A DNA stretch of 64,000 nt, taken from assembly GCA_048128005.1 (NCBI GenBank), contig JBEUKZ010000060.1, positions 124,001-188,000 on the forward strand. The letters run 5' to 3'. Each line of letters begins with the position of its first letter. Positions within the stretch are counted from its first letter, which is position 1. The stretch comes from Veleropilina oligotropha. Its lineage: Eukaryota. Both the position numbers and the translations under genes were made by a program. Below, one piece after another: positions 20,490 through 33,529 of the stretch. Below the pieces are notes generated by a model. The model searched no databases, was not told the origin of the DNA, and worked only from the letters and a program-made list of their open reading frames with translations.

Positions 20490-22684
20490 AGAGCACACGT
20501 GGGATTTACCTCTGCAGAGAGCATCAGGTATAGTATAATATTGCAAATATATGTTGTATTTTAACGACATTTCTGTGATATAATATTTAAATAGCTCTCG
20601 GTGTTCGTTTCAAAGTAGAGCAATGGAACATCGTTCATATGAACAACAGCATTATATGGAGTATTGCCAGATTCTTCTGAACGTTAAACGTGTATTACAT
20701 TTTCTTCATTTGGGTAACGAATTTAATGTGCTTGAAGTTTGTTGTCAGTGCAAAAATGTTGTCTACGCGTTAAAATAATTAATATTTTCTTTTCAGTGTC
20801 CAAGTGTACTAGAATGGACTCGTCCGCAGATAAATCTACCTCTTTGGATTATATACTGCGTTAAACATGCTTTCCTCATTTTCTGGAATGGAATCGTCCA
20901 TAGCATGGAATTAATGCACATAACGCTTGTTTAATTGGTCTTTCAAGCAGACACAATGATTTTGTAGCAGTGGATTCGTGAAAAATAATCTACAGTTAAT
21001 ACAATGGAAAAGTAGGTCAAAATGGATTAAATATATATAGCGGCCACATTGGACGGTCATCTTTGATTTCACAATAGAGATTTTTGGGGTATTTTAAGGA
21101 TTTGGCAGCCACAATGGACCGCCACCTTGGATTTATCAATTATGTATTTACTTCGCTCTAAGTTAAATAAGCTTATTAGATTCCTAGACTGCATGGTCAC
21201 TAAAACATGGGGATATGCACTAAAATCACTTTCTAGGGTGAATAATAAAGAAGTAAAGGTCATTTTAATGATTTGGCAGCCTTATTTGACAACCATCTTG
21301 GATTTCACAATTATGGAATCACTTCACTATAATTTAAATACTAGTATGCTAATTCGTTTCTGAGACCCTTAAAACATGATATTAGGCACCAAAATTACTT
21401 TTATGGATGGATACTGGCCTTTTAAGGGTTTGGCGGACATATTGGATCGCCATCTTGGATTTCATGATATGAAAATTGGATTCCTAAACCACCAAATCAT
21501 GGTTAGGCACAAAAATCAATAAAGGAGTAATGGGCGTTTGAAGGATTTGGCAGCCATATTGGACCGCTATCTTGGATTTCACATTTATGTAATCACTTCA
21601 CTATAATTTAAATACCGGTATGTTAATTGGATTCCTAGACCCCAAAACATTTGGTTAGGCACCAAAATTACTTATTTAGGAAGAATAATAAAGAAGTAAT
21701 GGGCATTTTAAGGATTTGGCAGCCATATTTGACTGCCATCTTGGATTTCACAAGTATATAATCACTTCTTCAAAATTTAAATTTGCTATTTGGATTCCTA
21801 GACTCCCAATATAAGGGTTAGGCACCAAAATTTCGCAAGAGCAAACATCACGTGACCAAGGCCATTCGATAATGGCTGAAACGAAAATGCCATATATAAT
21901 AACTTACCATGACCCACATTAATGCGCGTGGCGACATAATTTTCCATGTGCGACCTTTTACCTTGCTCTTGTGACCTTACACAAAATATAGGATGAATCT
22001 TCTGTCTGGATCATATCTCTGCCTGTATATCCGTCAACTTGATGGAGGGTATGCTAACTCACCTTGACGTATCCTCACGCATTGCGATATCATTTTACAT
22101 TTGCTACCCATGCCAGGTACCTACAATTTTGTTCGGACAATATCTAGGTTATTATATATCCCAAATTTGGTATGCTAACTCATCTTGGACTACCCTAGCA
22201 TGCTGCGACATAATTTTCTTTGTGCGACCTTTAACCTTGACAAAAGTTTGCTTTCTTTTGTAGAACACAGCAAGATTATGTACGTGATTCATCGTTCATA
22301 TTCAAGCCCTTTTCTGTTATCAATGAGATCATCACAGATACCGGACAGGACCGTCTAAGACTGGAGTTGTCTCCCTTATTGTCGCCTTACAATGGTGAGT
22401 TACCTTTTAATACCATGTTATTGGATATCTTTATCCTGAGGGATATCTAGTACCTGAGTGGATAAGAGCTTCCTTTGATCCCTGTATATTAGGGCTGACA
22501 ATTTATTTTTAAATTACTAGTACAGGGGCTAGTTGGATTCAATATTTCACTAGCCCTGTCCCATATCACACTAGCCCCACTTTTACGAAATGTTAATAAT
22601 AATTTCTTGCCTGAATGCAGTGTGACCTAGCAGTTATCATGCTGGACCGAGGACCCAGAAACCAGAGTTAGATCTATCTATTGA

Positions 22685-22948
22685 AGGAGGAGGAGGAGGA
22701 ATGATGCTTAATGTCTTGTATATTTACAACATCGAGGTTCAAGGCAGGACATGTCCGTGTTATCGCGGGAGGAAACCCCGGTCGCCCGGGTAAACCCGCC
22801 CTCTTCGGCCAGTCACGGACAACTGTGATTCATAACTTGAACAAATTTCAATGCCTCAGCCAGGTATTGAACCCACTACTGTTCGCATTAGCGGAATCAA
22901 GCCAGTGAAGTTAGAGTGGACACTACCCACTGCGCTGCCGAAGCGGCC
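22685..22948 (-). mobile_element. tRNA-derived SINE, family A copy
   Basis: Reverse complement starts ggccgcttcggcagcgcagtgggtag, has a B-box-like gggttcaatacc and a (cct)n tail; ctatctattgaa duplicated on both flanks. Confidence 0.85.
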
Positions 22949-23271
22949 TCCTATCTATTGAAAGGATACTAGTTCCCTGCTAGATCATGAGAGTATAGAC
23001 CTATGGGTTAAGTGTTTACAATGGGGCAACCTGGGTACCGTTTGATGTGTTCGATAATGTCAAACTTATAATATGTCTCCGAAATTTTGCGCTGGTAAAT
23101 CAAGGTGGATGCCAGTGAGTTCATATTTGTCAATCTAACTCCGGCTACATTTTGCACGCAACCCATTGGGCCATTTGCTATGAATCAGATCGATATTGCA
23201 TCACAATGAATAACACATGGTAATATCCTACTGAGGGTATATAAGGCACCTCAAACTCACATCCCAGACTT

Positions 23272-23313
23272 CCCTCTGATGAGACCATTAGTGTTGGTCG
23301 AAACCGGTCAGGG
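23272..23313 (+). ncRNA. Minimal type I hammerhead ribozyme, Penelope pLTR type
   Basis: CCCU CUGAUGA GACCA-uuagugu-UGGUC GAAAC cg GUC AGGG: complete catalytic core, stems I and II, very short palindromic stem III. Confidence 0.85.
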
Positions 23314-23854
23314 CAAATACTTAGGAGCTCCCTCCAGTGTCAATAGTAGTATCTTTTTTGCCAAATGAATATAGATCCATCTATTGGTTTAATAACTATT
23401 ATTAGAGTTGTCTCCTGTAAGGTAACAGGGAGATTGCTGTTTTAAATATTAAATTACAGTATGACTGAAAGCTTGGTCTTAAAAGTAGTTGATTAAAATA
23501 AAATACACTCATTTGAATCTTTTTGAGTGAACTGTCAACATATCGAACTTCTTTGAAATTACGACATGTACAATTAATAAAGCTTGCCTCTCACACTAAA
23601 TCGATCTCTGTTGGATGATCAAAGGTTTAACTTATTTTTAAAAGATCAAATCCTATTAAAATTGTACATTGCATATCACACTTCCTGCTATTTTGTATAA
23701 TCAAGTTTTGTTACGTGGTGCTGCCATGGCTCACAAAATATTTTTAATGTTTTTTGTTTGTTATAAATTCGAAGCGCGGTAAATACGAAACACTTAACAG
23801 CTGTAAATGTGATAACTACTACCGATAAAATGCTCTAGTAATTTGTTATACTAG

Positions 23855-26800
23855 TTATGCCCCGGGACGATAGTCCGGAGGGGCATATTGCTTTCACTCT
23901 GTCTGTACATACGTATACATGTATGTCCGCAGTTTTGGTTAAAGTTTTTCATGGAGCATATATGGCATGCTTAAGGGATGTTTTGGCATATGTATGCTTT
24001 GGTATTGATTATATGGATATTACCTGATACTCTGGCAGTGATATTTAATAAAATTGGATTAATTATTGCAAATTAATTGGTGTTTTTGAACATGAACATA
24101 GAAATTATAGTTATAATTTTGGTTAAAGTTCTTCAGTGAGTGTATATAATGGGCTGTTGAAGGCACTTTTGGAATATATGTGCTTTGGTATTGTTATATG
24201 GATGTCACATGGCAGTGATAGTGAATAAAATTGGTGTTTTTGGAAATAGAAATTTGGTTTAATAAAGTTTTTTGTTAAAATATTTTCAAGGAGTATAGGT
24301 GATCAAGACCCTTTTGCATACACATACTTTGAATAAAATTTCATTTAATTATTGCAAATAAATTAATGTTTTTGAACATATAAATTCTGGTTAAAGTTTT
24401 TCATTGAGTGTATATGGGTTGTTGAAACAACATTTTGGTGTATATATGCTTTGGTATTGATAATATGAATGTCAACTGATACTATGGAAGTGATGCTGAA
24501 TTAAATTTAATATAATTATTGCATAAAAATAGGTGTTTGTGGACATAGAAATTTTGGTTAAAGTTTTGTTGAAATTTTTCAATGGGCATATGGGTTGTTC
24601 TAGGCACTGTTTTACATCCATATACTGTAGTGTTGACTATATTGATGCTGCTCCCTCATCTGCAAGTGATTTATAATATAAATAACATGTGAAATTAGTG
24701 TTTGTGGACATATAATTTTTTGTTAAAGTTGACTGAATATCCATTCTGTTTCATTATTGCATACATATTCTTTGGTGATGCTTATATTGATACCTGTCCA
24801 CTCTAAATTCACTGGCTTGTTTCCGCTGACGCGAACAGTAGTGGGATCGACCCCCGGCTGAGGCAGCACACAATTGTTCAAGTTATGAAGCACAGTTGTC
24901 CGTGACTGGCCGAAGAGGGCGGGTTTACCCGGCGACCGGGGTTTCCTCCCGCGATAACACGGACATGTCCTGCCTTGAACCTCGATGTTATAAATATACA
25001 GGACATTAAGCATAATTCCTCCTCCTTATATTGATACCACCTTTTACTCTAGCAATGATATTGAATATTATTTTGTATAAATATTGCAGAAACTTGATGT
25101 GTTGGGACATATAAATTTTGGTTAAAGTTTATATCAGAGTGAATGCGGAAGGCAGGGGATGAATCCGATTTTATCCCCCGCCCGAAGGGTAGCGGGGGAT
25201 ATTGTTGTTGCCATGTCCGTCCGTACGTCCAGCTGGGCGTCCGTCGGTACGTCCGTAAATAATTTGGTTAAAATTTTGATTTGAGTATATATAGCTTGCC
25301 CATGATACTTTTTGGCATATATATGCTTTTATAGGCATTATATGGATGACACCTGGTACTCTGGAAGTGAGTTTGAATAAAATTTAATATAATTATTGCA
25401 TAATTTTATGTAGGTGTTTTTGAACATAAAAATTTTAGTTCAAGTTTCTGGTTAAAGTTTTTCATTGAGTGTATATGGGTTGTTGAAACAACATATTGGT
25501 GTATATATGCTTTGGTATTGATAATATGATTGTCAACTGATACTATATGGAAGTGACGCTGAATTAAATTTAATATAATTATTGCATAAAAATAGGTGTT
25601 TGTGGACATAGAAATTTTGGTTAAAGTTTCTGGTTAAAGTTTTTCATTGAGTGTATATGAGTTGTTGAAACAACATTTTGGTGTATATATGCTTTGTTAT
25701 TGATAATATGAATGTCAACTAATACTATTGAAGTGATGCTGACTTAAATTTAATATAATTATTGCATAAAAATAGGTGTTTGTGGACATAGAAATTGTGG
25801 TTAAAGTTTTGTTCAAATTTTTCAATGGGCGTATGGGTTGTTCTATGCACTGTTTTACATCCATTTACTTTAGTGTTGACTATATTGATGCTGCTCCCTC
25901 ATCTGCAAGTGATTTATAATATAAATAACGTGAAATTAGTGTTTGTGGACATAGAAAGTTTTGTTAATGTTGAGTGAATTTCCATTCTGTTCCAGTATTG
26001 CATACATATTCTTTGGTGATGCTTATATATTGATAACACCTTTTACTCTAGCAATGATATTGAATATTATTTCGTATAAATATTGAAGAAACTTGATGTG
26101 TTTGGACATATAAGTTTTGTTTAAAGTTTATATCAGAGTGATTGCGGAATGCGGGGGATGAATCCGTTTCCTAACGGGCTCTTGTTATTGAGTGTGTATG
26201 GCTTAATTGCTCAAGGAACTTTTTGGCAAATACATGCTATGGTATTGATTATATGGATGTTACCTGATAATCTGGCAGTGCTAATGAATAAAATTTAATT
26301 TAATTTATGCAAGTAAAGTGGTGTTTTTGAACATAGAAATTCTGGTTAGAAATTTCTGGTTAAAGTTTTTCATTGAGGGTATATGACTTTCTCCATGGAC
26401 GTTTTGGCATATTTATGCTTTGGTATTGATTATGGAGATGTTACCTGATTCTCTGGCAGTGATAATGATTAAATTTAATTTAATTTATGCAAATAAATTG
26501 GTGTTTTGTAACGTAGAAATTCTGATTAAAATTTTTGGTTAAGGTGTTTCATTGAGCGTATATGGCTTGATTAAGGGACTTTTTGGCATATATATGCTTT
26601 GATCATGATTATATGGAGATTACCTGGTACTCTGGCAGTGATATTTAATAAAATTGGATTAATTATTGCAAATTAATTGGTGTTTTTGAACATAGAAATT
26701 ATAGTTATCATTTTGGTTAAAGTTCTTCAGTGAGTGTATATAATGGGCTGTTGAAGGCACTTTTGGAATATATTTATGTGCTTTGGTATTGTTATATGGA

Positions 26801-27626
26801 TGTCACATGGCAGTGATAGTGAATAAAATTGGTGTTTTGGGAAATATAAATTTTGTTTAATAAAGTTTTTTGTTAAAATATTTTTAAGGAGTTCTTCATA
26901 TGGGTGATCAAGACTCTTTTGCATACACATACTTTGGTAGTGGATATATTGATGCTGCCTGCTACGTGTAATGATGTCACTTACCACTATGGCAGTGATA
27001 TTTAATTTAATTTAAATAATGTACATATGAAATTGGTGTTTGGGACATTTCCGTTAAAATATTTTAAATGAGTGCATGTGGGTTGCTCAAGACACGTTTT
27101 TGCATACATATGTATTAATATTGGCAACCTATATTGCTTTTATCTGTTCCCACTAGTTAATATTAATAAAAAACTGTCAGGTGGATAGCACTCATAGTAA
27201 ACATGAAGATAGGATCCAAGGTTTAAAAATTGTTTATCATTATTATGACGTCATTCTATGGACCGTGAATTAAAATAACCATGTTGTTAGTTAGACTGCA
27301 GGGAACCACTTCTAACACTAATAATGAGTTTATGATAATTTATAATCATATATTGTTATAAATTAATTTACGTTTTTGCAATACTTTAAATGTTTTATCA
27401 CTTTGTTTTTGTTGTCTAATTGGAGAAGCTCGCGCATTTAAACATCTCTGCACAAGCACCTTGTGGTGTGTAACTGCAGGGTTTTCCGATTAGTCAACCA
27501 AACCTCGCGGTGTAACCTATATTTAGGTATTGGAAAATTACGTGTTTGATCTTTTTCAAGGAAATTATGCACAACGAGGGCTCCCCGGGGCATACCCATG
27601 TTCCAGGGAACATAGTTTTTCTAGTT
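23855..27626 (+). mobile_element. Helentron/DINE-like non-autonomous element(s) with degenerate internal tandem repeats; related copy nested at ~25168-26185
   Basis: 5' tatgccccggg inverted repeat, tctg-type microsatellite, repeated ggttaaagtttt units, 3' ccccggggcata plus stem-loop and ctagtt. Confidence 0.6.
24795..25025 (+). mobile_element. tRNA-derived SINE, family A copy, 5'-truncated
   Basis: Near-identical to the other copies; TSD ttatattgatacc. Confidence 0.85.
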
Positions 27627-27744
27627 ATTGAATACATATATGGTTATAATATAGATGTTGAAATACACTGATATACGGTCGGTATCTAAACCATTATCTA
27701 TTCTCATTTCAATACAGTGCAATAATAATCTTTTGGACTACGTT

Positions 27745-28716
27745 TTTTATCCCCCCGGCATTAAATGCGGGGGGATATAGTCATCAGCATGTCCGTCCGT
27801 CCGGCCGTCCTTCCGTCCATCCGTCTGTCCGTCCGTCTGTAATCATTTCGTTTCCGGAGCATATCTCATAAACTGCTTTTCATATCTTTACGACACTTGG
27901 TGGGTGTATTATGGACATGGTGAACTGGTGCCTTTTGCCAGTTTCGACGTTGAGCGGCGATTATTAACAGAGTTATTTCCCTTGTTGTAAATTCTAATTG
28001 ATATCGTTTCCGGAGCATATCTCATACACCGCTCGACATAACTTTACGAAACTTGCTGGGTGTATTAAGTAGTCGGTGAACTGGTGCCTTTTGCCAGTTT
28101 CGCCGTTGTGCGGCGATTATTAACAGAGTTATTGCCCTTGTTGTAAATTCTAATCGATCTCTTTTCCAGAGCATATCTCATATACCGCTCGATATAACTT
28201 TACGAAACTTGCTGGATATATTAAGTAGTCGGTAAACTGGTGCCTTTTGCAAGTTTCGACGTTGAGCGGCGATTATTAACAGAGTTATTGCCCTTGTCTA
28301 ATCGATCTCTTTTCCAGAGCATATCTCATATACCGCTCGACATAACTTTACGAAACTTGCTGGGTGTGTTAAGTAGTCCTGGGTGTGTTAAGTAGTCGGT
28401 GAACTAGTGCGATTATTACCAGAGTTATTGCCCTTGTTGTAAATTTGTTAATGCTATCTCTTACAGAGCGTATCTCAATATGAATTGCATATATTCTAAA
28501 GAATTCAATCATCATAACCACCATAAATGCAGTTCAATCCCTATGAATAATCATATTTTCATTACTTGTAAGTTCAACTTTATTCCGTTAGAATTCTGCT
28601 GAAACCTGTCCAGTTAAGACATGCTTAGTTACTGATGACTATGATTTCCTTGCCGCATCTTCTGTGTGAGACATCTGTGCACCGGGGGGATATGTCATCT
28701 TCTGATGGCTCTTGTT
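27745..28716 (+). mobile_element. Helentron/DINE-like element with internal tandem repeats
   Basis: tatccccccgg...ccggggggata subterminal inverted repeats, (gtcc)n tract, repeated gagcatatctcata units, 3' stem-loop and ctcttgtt. Confidence 0.75.
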
Positions 28717-30479
28717 TTAGTTCATTCACAATTTACATCAGGCCTTCTACGTTTGAATTAATTGTACTGTTTGTCATCAGGTCTTTTTTAATGTTTCTAA
28801 CTAAAATCTTAAGGGTAATTAAATAATACAAAATTAATAACAGACTATCAATAGACAAACTATTGATTCCACATCCTCCACCTGCAGGATCCATATGAAT
28901 CATCATCACGTTGGTTTTTAACCTTACAAGATAGCATGATTAGACATGCAATTATCTAGTGTTTCTAATTAGGCTGACCAGTGATGATTTTTCTTATAAA
29001 AGATTTTTTGAAACTAGTATTAGTTATGTCTTTCTGCGATAACCGGATAATACATTAATTAACTGTAGTTTAGCCTGTCTCAGCACTGTCAATTGATGTC
29101 AATTGGCACTAAGGACCGACTGCATTGGAGTTGTTATTGGCGAAACATGATCCCGATCAGCAGAAGCTGACTCATAATAGTGAATTTCGCGCCCTGATTT
29201 TGCTAGAGAGAGTGGTGCCTTTTTGCGACAATTATTGACAGAGTTATTTCCCTTGTTATATTTCCCGAGCATATCTCATACACCGCTCTACATAACTTTT
29301 CGAAACTTCCTGTGAACTGGTGCCTTTTGCTTGTTTCGACGTCGTGTCGCTATTATTAACATAATTATTTCCCTTGTTCTAAATTCGTTATCTTTTCCGG
29401 AGCGTAACTCATACACCGCTTGACATAACTTTACGAAACTTGCGGGATGTATTCTGTAGTCTGTGAACTGGTGCCTTTTGCTATTTTCGATGTTGTGCAG
29501 GGATCATTAACAGAGTTATTTAACTTTAAACTTATTTTTTTACATTTTGAAACTCATTTCTTTACGTTTTTAAACTCATTTCTGTCAGTACTTTCAGCCA
29601 TAAAATGGTTTGCCTCAGATGCATCACAGCTCGACAGCACGTGCCATGCCAGTACGCCAATAAAAAGTAGTTCAACATCCTTGTTTTGTCAGTAATCAAC
29701 GAGTCAACGCGTATGAATTTTTCAATATGTTAATTCGGGTGATGCGCCATCTAGTCAAATCCGCGCCAGATGGAATCACGCTCGCCCTCATTTGCATAGT
29801 TATGCCACGTGTGATACATATGGAAAATATGAAACGGGTTCTGCCGTTCCATAACAGCTTTGTCATGTGATAATGATGGCTCTGTCTTGTTGTTTAGGCT
29901 CCGGTGATGCTGTGTTGAAGAAGACCATACAGATGCAGCTGACTTCCGACTGCCGTTATTCCTTCGTGGGTGAAAGGTGAGTGAGCAAGAAGTTGCTGAG
30001 GGGATGGTATACCTCCGTTTGCAAGATGTATTACGTTTTCACCCACATTGTCGGGGGCGGATAGAAATTGTCCAGTCAATAAACTTAGTAATTTTCATCC
30101 GATCTTCACCAAATTTGTTTGCAAGGTTAAGTTCTCAGCGTACTTCGATAATCGGTGTGATCGGATCAATAGAACCAAATTTATAATAGTAATTCTCAGG
30201 TCTTATATAGCGCATTATTACATTAATGTCGCAATGCACTGATCAATACTACCCCTGGTTATTGGCCTGTTCCACTCGATATGCCATCTCAACTCCTGGG
30301 AGTATTAGTCATTTACACGCGGGTAGTGCTGGGACTTGCATAACTGCCACCCATGGACCCATTCAGAGCGGCTGGGTGGACCAAGGCAAATATATACTTA
30401 TTTCCATGCTAAAATCGCCGCACTCGGGAGGCGAACTCGGGACTCTGTGACCAGAGTCCTATTAACTACCCACTAAGCC

Positions 30480-30680
30480 ACTTACTTATATCCTCTTCGT
30501 TCCTAGTGGAGCACAAGGCCACAACAAAATTTTGCCATGCTGGACGATTTTTGGCCAGCTTCTCTGCTGTGCCCCAAGTCAGTCTCATCTCCTTTAATTT
30601 AGTTCTGCCAGCTGGACGGTCCTTCACCAAGTGGTCTTTGGCATACTTCGATTGTAATTCCCCTGTGGTTCCACCGAAGG
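30480..30680 (-). mobile_element. 3' end fragment of an RTE-type LINE
   Basis: Translation LTWGTAEKLAKNRPAWQNFVVALCST resembles RTE C-termini and is followed by a taag-type tail. Confidence 0.6.
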
Positions 30681-30852
30681 ACAATCTTGACAATGCTGTA
30701 GTCTTTTCATTCTTAGTACATACCCTAACCATCTCAGGCGCCGCCATGGTGAAAAGAGAAGAGAGTGTTCATATCTTTCTTTGTAACCCTCAGGCACTTA
30801 CTTCCATATATAGAAGATCAGATTCACGTTGCTGCTGTACAATTTGACCTTA

Positions 30853-33488
30853 GTGGTCCGTGTGACACTTGACGGTTCAGCTTTCCATCTTTATTATTGT
30901 TACAATATGATGTCTAGGTGCTTGATGGGTTGAACTTTAAGAATGGTTAATTGGTATTGTTATAAATTTCTATGTTGTACTAATGTAATGAATTACTGAT
31001 TGCACTGAGCAACACTGCCAAAAGAGATTGATTGTGATCTAGTGAACTGATGTAATTGTGTGTATCTTATTAATAACAATTAGAAGCAAGTTAATGATGA
31101 TCGGCAAGTTAATGATGATCGGCATGGCATATTGTTTATAAAGGCCCAAATGTTTAGGCAAGTGAAAGAGATTAATGATGTTTAGTTCGAAGTTCATGAC
31201 GGATGACGCCCAAAAGTCTGTCTTTCTAGACGACACGAGTGAGAGATGGATTAGCCTCCCTCCGAAGTTCTCCGGATATAAACGATCAGAGTAGCCTTTT
31301 ATCCTGTTATGAGGTGTTGAGAAAGCAGCCAGTAAATGAAGTCTACCGGTCTACAGCCTCGGCCTTGTAACATTATTCACTGGTGGAACGCTCGAAAGCA
31401 CAGCATTACTTCTTACTTCCATGTGCAGTTTTAAAGATGGAAAGCTCTAAAGCTCGTCACGTTTCCATCTTCTAACTTTCCAACCATGTTTTACAACACT
31501 GAATAACGATAACGAACTCTGCTGACTAACACTGACCCTAATGTCCATGGAATATATGCTTAACCCTAAACTGGGTATTTTTCATGCGCTTAATGGTCAG
31601 TGCAGGCCTTGAAATTTCAAAATTCTGCGTAACCAGTTTATCGTTCACGCCATTTTCTCCTGCGTAACCCATCGTTAGGTTACGCAAACATATTTTGCGT
31701 AACCCATTTTGTTATTGCTATACAGTTGTGTTGTATATTGTATAAAAGTTGCTATATTATGCACATCTTGCAAATATTGTGTCACGAAAGTTTAACACGA
31801 CCTATAAATACTCGTGGGAATGCATATATACCAATTTTGGTGAAATTTAATCCAGTAGTTTTCAAATAAATCGAGGGTATATATATATTATATATATATA
31901 TATATGTGTGTGTGTTTGCATGCAGCACACATGCATTGTATACATACATATACAGTCAATTCAGTGTTCACTATTATATTTCTTGTAAATATAAAATAAC
32001 TTTTTATTTTGTCATCAAGTTCATGCATTATTATTTTTTATATTGCTTAATTTGTTGTTTTCTCTTTATGTGCCCTTTCATTTTTATTTTCCCTCCCATA
32101 AATAATCCATTTCATAAACTTTCTTATTGTTGTCAGTGCCCAGGACTGTGTTTTGCAACATGTATGCAAATTAGGGATCGTGCTTGTGACGTGTTTCCTC
32201 AGATCTGTTGATAAACTCTTGCCTTTGACATCTGGAGCAAATTTGGCTGTTCCATCTATTAACGTTACTGGATTAGCCGAGAGGGAGAGAAACCCAGACA
32301 TGGCTAGCCACCATTAGTAGGGACTGTTTTGTCTGCGTGGATTACCACGAATTTATAACATTTTCATTGAGTAAAGACTGCATAATATTTACAGCATGAA
32401 GGCATTATTAGGTTAAGTTTATCCATGGTATTTCAATAGAATATCTAGCTATATGCAATATATTCCTGTAGTGGTATATTTTGCGTTTTGCCAAATAATG
32501 TTTTTGCCCAGACAGTTGGCGCGCGATCACGCTTCTTAGAAACGAAACCCTGATTACAGTATATGCACACGGACCATTTGATAATGTCGTGTTGGAAGTG
32601 ACGCACGCGGAAACCAGAAACAAAATACATTTTTTGGGCCTTAACTAGTATTTTGTATAAACATTTAATCAAAAATGTGTCGTGACCAACTAATTTGTCA
32701 TTTGCGGCGCATGATAAGTTACTGTTTCATGTTCCTTCGATGTATCGACACAATATAAAAGGGAGATAATTTCGAACTGCCACCAGGGGGCAGACATGAA
32801 AATGACTGACAGCTGACAGGATTTCCCAGTCTCTGCAGTAATGGTTTCACTTTACAAACACGGCGTGTTGTTAACACATTTTATCAGATGCCACAGGAGA
32901 GGATTATTGATAAATAAACAGATAGGTACTACTGTAGAATTGATTAAATAGCATACATTTACCTTCATGTATAGTTAGGAATGTTCGTTAAAAGGGGAAT
33001 TTACTAAATTTGTCAAGCTTATTTTGAGGTTTCATTAAAGTATATAAACGTATATTTTTCACACGAACGGTTTTCCGTTCGCGGGTATTTTGTTTTGCGT
33101 AACCGGTACGCGAACGAAACGATCGTTCTCGCCAATTTTCAAGGCCTGTCAGTGTTAGTATAAGCAGGGTTCATTACCACTATAATACTTTTCACGCGAG
33201 CCTTACATGAAGTGCTTGCCCGGAAAATAGAAAATTGCACCTGTGGTTAAAAAAATGAAAATATAAATACCATAATAGAAGGTTGGAAGCAGTTACCATC
33301 TTTCTCCTATTTTATGTTTCAAACCAAAGTTGAAAAGATAGAAGATGGACACGATGACGTGCTTTTGAGATTTCCATCTTTAAAATTGTATATGGAAGTA
33401 AGAAGTTAGAACTAATGTTGTGCTTTCGACCTTTCCATCAGCGAATAATGAAGATGAAAAGCTTAAATGTCAAGTGTCACACGGACCC
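30853..33488. mobile_element. Non-autonomous TIR transposon containing a nested MITE
   Basis: ggtccgtgtgacacttgac near 30855 is inverted at ~33469-33487; further inverted similarity between 31370-31560 and 33150-33450. Confidence 0.65.
31603..33148. mobile_element. hAT-like MITE with 6-bp TSD TCAGTG
   Basis: TIRs caggccttgaaa / tttcaaggcctg; tcagtg at 31597-31602 and 33149-33154; subterminal gcgtaacc repeats. Confidence 0.8.
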
Positions 33489-33529
33489 TAGTCCTGTGGC
33501 TGTATTGGCTAGATTTCAAATATTTCTCA

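Larger units (their letters stand above)
2986..21031. mobile_element. Hairpin-bearing non-autonomous element, split by the Polinton-like insertion
   Basis: Near-perfect ~100-bp palindrome at 2986-3087; tttaatccattttgac (3091-3106) is inverted at 21016-21031; flanked by atatgtatag / atatatatag. Superfamily not assigned. Confidence 0.5.
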
